Below are positions 59,414 to 64,000 of a stretch of 64,000 nucleotides of DNA, in pieces. The stretch spans positions 4,896,001-4,960,000 of the forward strand of contig OX638351.1 in assembly GCA_951813565.1 (NCBI GenBank), given 5' to 3'. This stretch comes from an uncultured Poribacteria bacterium (lineage in GTDB: Bacteria; Poribacteria; WGA-4E; WGA-3G). Position 1 is the stretch's first letter, and each line of letters opens with the position of its first letter. The notes below the pieces were generated by a model that saw nothing but the letters and a program-made list of their open reading frames with translations, searched no databases and was not told where the DNA came from. The position numbers and the translations under genes were made by a program.

Positions 59414-62400
59414 TCACTTAATCACAGCAATCTTACCAACCTTTTTCTGCGTATCAAATTCAAGGATGTAGATATAGATGCCAGTGGCTATATCACCGAT
59501 GCTGCCATTTGTTAACCACCACTGTTTGCTATTGCCATCGCTTTCGGTGACGTTCAAGTTCTCAAGCAGTTCTCCCTTAGGTGTGAAAAGTTGGATGCGA
59601 GTGCCGATCGGCACTTTATCAAAGGTGACTGCCCCTTTATCTGCTCGGTTCGGATGGACAGGGTTTGGATAGACGCGTAACTGTGTAAAATCTTTCACTT
59701 CTGCTTCAGTAACACTCCGTTGGATTTCAACAAAGTTGGTCGCAGCTCGAATTGGGTTTTCATCAATATCAGTCACATTGGACACGGCAATCTCATACTG
59801 GTTTGTTGAAACAGCGATTAGCGACTGTAGACTTTCCGTATCAAAGGCTAAAAGAGCACGCGTTCCCATTCTGTCACGGATAGCGGACATTGGTCGTAAT
59901 CCCCCCAGCTGTTTTGGTTCACGTAAAAGATACCGGCGTTCATCACTAATGGTTGAGTTCATCCGTCTATCAAAGGCGACAATTACCCAATTGGGAGGTT
60001 GATAGGCAGCACTCAGGATTTTAGGGGCGAGACGCGGCGTTGCGGATACTGCCTCGGTTCGCTCTGTTTCTATACCCGTTTCTCCTTTTGCAGTGATAGC
60101 ATACCAATAGGTTGTATCTGTCTTGACCGTTCTGTCTAAGAACCTTGGAAGGGCAAGATTTTCTGCGATTGTTTCAAATTTGGTGTCGGCGGGCGTCTCA
60201 CCCTTTTCACCGATTGCACGATAGATAGTAAAAACAGTTGGCGTTTTTGTTTTTTCTACCATCTCCCACGTAATCTGAACAACCTTTGCTGTCAAAGGTG
60301 TAGCGTAGACATTCCATGGTGTGAGCGTAGCAACAGACTTACTATTTGTCGCAAAAGCGGATTCAATGAAACTTAGTCCTTCGTCAAGGTTAATGTAAAC
60401 TTCGTGGAACCCATTGTTGTTCAGGTCAGCGGTAAAGAGGTTTGGTGTTTCAGAGACTTTTTGGTGGAATGTTGGTATGAATGTTGTTCCATTCCATTTT
60501 ACGATATATAGATTTGGATGTGTGATGATGACAAGTTCGTTTTGCCTGTCGTCATCAAGTTCTGCTATGGTAAGGCTGTTTCCGTTTAACCGATACGGTG
60601 CTATCGCCTGTTCCCAGAGTGGTACATACTTGCCAGATGTATACGTAAAAACAAGAAACTTCCATATAGGTGAAGCAGAAGGCACATCGGGCTGTGAAAA
60701 GGTGCCGCCAACAACCAATTCCGGCTTTCCATCCCCGGTTAAATCTCCAGAAGTCAGTTGCCTAACATTATCTATATTGAGTTGAGTTTGCCACTGCAGA
60801 CGGAAACTGTCGTTTGCGGTAGCGGAATAAACGAATAATTCACCTTCGCTATCACCAACAATCAAATCAACGTTACCATCTGAATCAAGGTCGTCAATTG
60901 CAAAGTGTCGCGCAAAGATATTTTTCCCTTCCGTTTCATTAACTAACTCAGCGATTCTGTCGTAATGGTTATTGCCCCTGTTTTCAAAGATAAGAATCCG
61001 ATGATTGTTGTTGTCAATTCCAACAATTTCCTTTCTGCCGTCACCATCCAGGTCAGCGATTTTTCCACCTGAAATGAATGGTGTCTCCCAGATAATTTGC
61101 GCAGGGTAACCATTCGGTTTGAGACTCTCTATCAGAAAGGTGCGATCTTTGTCGTTAGCAAGGATTTCCAACAAACCGTCATCATCTGTGTCACCCACTG
61201 TCCACGGCGTGAAAGTTTCTAAATCTATACCTTGACCCGATAGTTCAAGAGATTCAATATCGGAAACGGTATGTGCGATTTGAAATTTACCAGTTGGTGA
61301 TCGTTCATAAATAGCGAGATTATGTAGCGCGGTCAGATCACCTCCAGAGGTGTCAGAAAGTGGGACACCGACGAGTTCAGGTAATCCGTCTTTGTCAAAG
61401 TCGGTGGTAACACCTGCAATGTGGAGTGGGGTGATGCCGAGGTCAGTTTCAACGAATCCGCTCGGTGATATAGAATTGCCGACAATGTCAATAGCATAGT
61501 ACTTTCCATCGTTGTCGGCAACTGTTTTTAAACCGACAGTGTTTTGTGCTGCAATGTAAAACTGGTATTGCCCTGTTTCCAACCCCAGAGAGAATAGATG
61601 TTCTTTTCCAAGTCCTCTTTCCTCAATAGGAGCAAAAGGAGTGATTTGACCACTCCGTCGAAAATAAAAGGTGTCACGAGTAACATCGTCTGTTGCCCAA
61701 GTGAAAATGGTGGTAGAACTGTCTCCGTATAACGTTTCAGTTGCCGTGACAGAGATGATTTTAGGAGGTGTGCGGTCCACTGTTAGCACAACTTGGTCGT
61801 GTGTCTGGCTCCCGTCTCTTCCCGTAACAACAAGGCGAACAGTGTAAACGTCCTCTGGTATATCAGTGGTATCCCATACTGCTAAATGTTCTTCTACTTT
61901 CTGCGTTGATACAGGGTCGGTAAACGGAACATAAGTTGTCGGGACAGATGAACTTCCATAAAATAGCTGCCACGAATTAAACTTATAACCTCCTGCAGTT
62001 CCGATAAATGCAATTGAAGTTGATCCGCCACTATTTGTTTCTGGAAAATGAATTCTCGCTTGTAAGACACCACTTGCTAACAAAGCGCGTTCAGCATTTA
62101 GGGTGCCCGCACCGGCAAGGTTCGGATCAGGTACATCGCTATCCTTTTCTAAAACAACATCAGTAGTGTCGATAAGTATCTGCCGGGCCTCTTCGTGGGT
62201 AAGGGCAGGTCGTTTTGATCGCATCAATGCTGCGACGCCAGCGACATGTGGTGCTGCCATAGAAGTACCGGTAAGAATACGATAGTCGTTGTCGATTTGT
62301 GTGCTGAGAATGGCGTTTCCGGGTGCTCCGATATCAACAGATGCCCCAAAATTCGATTTATAGTAACGCTGTTTATGTTGGGTCGTTGATGCTACAGAGA

Positions 62401-63442
62401 TCACTTTTCGGTATCCGGCAGGAAAAATACTCTCCGCCTCCTGTGAATTGCCAGCTGCACCAATCAATACCGCACCACGGGCATAGGCATAATCAATAGC
62501 ATCTTGAATAACAAAGGAGTGTTGTGAACTTCCCCAACTCATATTGATAATGCTTGCCCCGTTATCTGCGGCGTAGACAATCGCGGCGGCAGAGTCGTCA
62601 TCCTGCATGCGGGAACCACCACCGAGTGAAAGTCCAGCGCGCACCGCCATTAGTCGGCAATTCCACGCTACGCCTGCAATGCCGATACCGTTATTTGGCA
62701 TTGCCCCTGCGATTCCAGCGACATGTGTTCCATGTCCCGATTCATCAATCGGTTCATTATCACCCTCTATAAAATCGCCCTCTGCTTGTAGATTGGGAGC
62801 ATCGGTAAAATCCCATCCATGCATATCATCAATATAACCGTTTCCATCATCGTCTAATCCATTATCAGGGATTTCACCAGGATTCACCCATATTTTTGAA
62901 GCGAGATCATCGTGTCTATAGTCAATACCAGAGTCGATAATGGCGATAACGACTTCACGGTTTCCCTTCTCAATTGCCCACGCTTGTGGCAGATTTATGA
63001 GTGGCAAACTCCACTGTTCTGAATATTTTGGGTCGTTGGGAACAACTTCATCCGCTAATGTTGGTCGAAGATAGTTATACGCTACCGCCTCAATGAGGTT
63101 GCTCTCTTCAAATGATGCTTTAAGTGTAGGCAGGTCTGCGGTGAGTGAAAACCTTAGCAGATAGGTGCGTTGTAGGTTGGTGTTGTGTTGGGGATAACTT
63201 GTTGAAAACGGAAAGATCGGTTTCAAAGATTCCACGTTGTACTTTGCATACAATGCTGCTAACGGTGATTTAGCTTGCAGGCGTTGTAGATCTGCTGACG
63301 CTTCTGGTGTTAGGCGGATTAGTAATTCACCAGGGGTAATTTCAGGCGGAACCGCATTCCCAACAACAGCGCAATTACATAAAATCCCTACAATGAGGAG
63401 GAATAAATGAGGCAGATTTTTTGAAGGTGTCCGCTGATTCAT
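59414..63442 (-). CDS. Secreted S8 subtilisin-like protease with FG-GAP/VCBS repeats, FN3-like domains and a C-terminal Ig-like tail
   Basis: IIDSGID, GHGTHVAG and GTSMAAPHV; repeated DLDGDG..E motifs; C-terminal VYPNP...ATGIYIY..KIAVIK. Confidence 0.93.
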   Translation of the reverse strand: MNQRTPSKNLPHLFLLIVGILCNCAVVGNAVPPEITPGELLIRLTPEASADLQRLQAKSPLAALYAKYNVESLKPIFPFSTSYPQHNTNLQRTYLLRFSLTADLPTLKASFEESNLIEAVAYNYLRPTLADEVVPNDPKYSEQWSLPLINLPQAWAIEKGNREVVIAIIDSGIDYRHDDLASKIWVNPGEIPDNGLDDDGNGYIDDMHGWDFTDAPNLQAEGDFIEGDNEPIDESGHGTHVAGIAGAMPNNGIGIAGVAWNCRLMAVRAGLSLGGGSRMQDDDSAAAIVYAADNGASIINMSWGSSQHSFVIQDAIDYAYARGAVLIGAAGNSQEAESIFPAGYRKVISVASTTQHKQRYYKSNFGASVDIGAPGNAILSTQIDNDYRILTGTSMAAPHVAGVAALMRSKRPALTHEEARQILIDTTDVVLEKDSDVPDPNLAGAGTLNAERALLASGVLQARIHFPETNSGGSTSIAFIGTAGGYKFNSWQLFYGSSSVPTTYVPFTDPVSTQKVEEHLAVWDTTDIPEDVYTVRLVVTGRDGSQTHDQVVLTVDRTPPKIISVTATETLYGDSSTTIFTWATDDVTRDTFYFRRSGQITPFAPIEERGLGKEHLFSLGLETGQYQFYIAAQNTVGLKTVADNDGKYYAIDIVGNSISPSGFVETDLGITPLHIAGVTTDFDKDGLPELVGVPLSDTSGGDLTALHNLAIYERSPTGKFQIAHTVSDIESLELSGQGIDLETFTPWTVGDTDDDGLLEILANDKDRTFLIESLKPNGYPAQIIWETPFISGGKIADLDGDGRKEIVGIDNNNHRILIFENRGNNHYDRIAELVNETEGKNIFARHFAIDDLDSDGNVDLIVGDSEGELFVYSATANDSFRLQWQTQLNIDNVRQLTSGDLTGDGKPELVVGGTFSQPDVPSASPIWKFLVFTYTSGKYVPLWEQAIAPYRLNGNSLTIAELDDDRQNELVIITHPNLYIVKWNGTTFIPTFHQKVSETPNLFTADLNNNGFHEVYINLDEGLSFIESAFATNSKSVATLTPWNVYATPLTAKVVQITWEMVEKTKTPTVFTIYRAIGEKGETPADTKFETIAENLALPRFLDRTVKTDTTYWYAITAKGETGIETERTEAVSATPRLAPKILSAAYQPPNWVIVAFDRRMNSTISDERRYLLREPKQLGGLRPMSAIRDRMGTRALLAFDTESLQSLIAVSTNQYEIAVSNVTDIDENPIRAATNFVEIQRSVTEAEVKDFTQLRVYPNPVHPNRADKGAVTFDKVPIGTRIQLFTPKGELLENLNVTESDGNSKQWWLTNGSIGDIATGIYIYILEFDTQKKVGKIAVIK

Positions 63443-63448
63443 ACGATG

Positions 63449-64000
63449 CTAATCCAGAAGTTCAAGTTTACCTGTTTCGGGTTCGCCTTTCAAAATATCT
63501 AAGACTTTTCCAGTTTTGTCATCAATAATACCGATTACGAGATTACCCCACCCGTGGTTATAGAAACTGACTGTCCAAGCGAATCCTTGAAACCAAGCAT
63601 ATTCACGAATCCCTTTTTGATCCGCCAACGCAGCTTTGATGCGCGAATCAGATTTTGCTATGTGAAGGATTTTATCTACTTTTTTCAATGGTGTTATTTG
63701 CGGTTTCGGTTTCTGAAATTGTATCCGCTTACCAATGTTTACTTCAGGTGGTAATGCCTTTGGAGAGCGCTTAGCAAACGTTCGGAGTAGTGTAGCATGG
63801 CGGAGATATGCGTCTCGAAGTTGTTCATAGTCTTTCAATCCATATTTTATTGGAATCTTCTCATACTGCGCTGCACACATTTCAGCTGCATCTGCCTCAA
63901 GATGGAGGAATCTTGCATAATCTTTTTTCTGTTCGGCGCGTTCCTGTAGTTCTCCAAAAAAAGTAGCGTAGATACCAAAATTGTAAAATCTATCTGGATA
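63449..64000 (-). CDS. Hypothetical protein; 5' end lies outside the window
   Basis: The frame stays open from 63880 to the window edge. Confidence 0.7.
   Translation of the reverse strand, partial: YPDRFYNFGIYATFFGELQERAEQKKDYARFLHLEADAAEMCAAQYEKIPIKYGLKDYEQLRDAYLRHATLLRTFAKRSPKALPPEVNIGKRIQFQKPKPQITPLKKVDKILHIAKSDSRIKAALADQKGIREYAWFQGFAWTVSFYNHGWGNLVIGIIDDKTGKVLDILKGEPETGKLELLD

Overview
Bacterial chromosomal window with roughly 55 genes and no rRNA, tRNA or CRISPR array visible. A Candidatus Poribacteria-like, sponge-associated organism is inferred from the dockerin, LamG, TPR and sulfatase content and from a C-terminal VExxxKLAxTWGxLK tail. Housekeeping genes include apt, an NCS2 purine permease, GTP-dependent PEP carboxykinase, an Omp85, lysA, dapF, dapA, dusB, an E2 acyltransferase and an acyl-CoA ligase. 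They are mixed with carbohydrate and sulfate catabolic enzymes and accessory DNA. Main observations: (1) A 34-35 bp hairpin micro-element inserts without target duplication into REP-like hairpins and forms head-to-tail arrays; filled and empty sites are both present in the window. (2) At least four MITE families occur, one with 19-20 bp target duplications at hairpin targets, and they nest up to four deep. (3) A TnpB-only IS200/IS605 element with a tnpA remnant splits a secreted TPR-thioredoxin gene at an ATTAG site. (4) A dockerin-thioredoxin has an in-frame UGA giving a UxxC motif and a SECIS-like hairpin, so it is a candidate selenoprotein. (5) A HigB toxin is paired with a HigA-N/TPR/PD-(D/E)XK fusion, bracketed by a 105-bp duplication of a TPR gene 3' end; the same cargo-plus-displaced-3'-end layout occurs behind the NCS2 gene. 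(6) A small island has three consecutive genes each preceded by the same palindromic motif. Product calls come from motif recognition by eye; no database searches were run.
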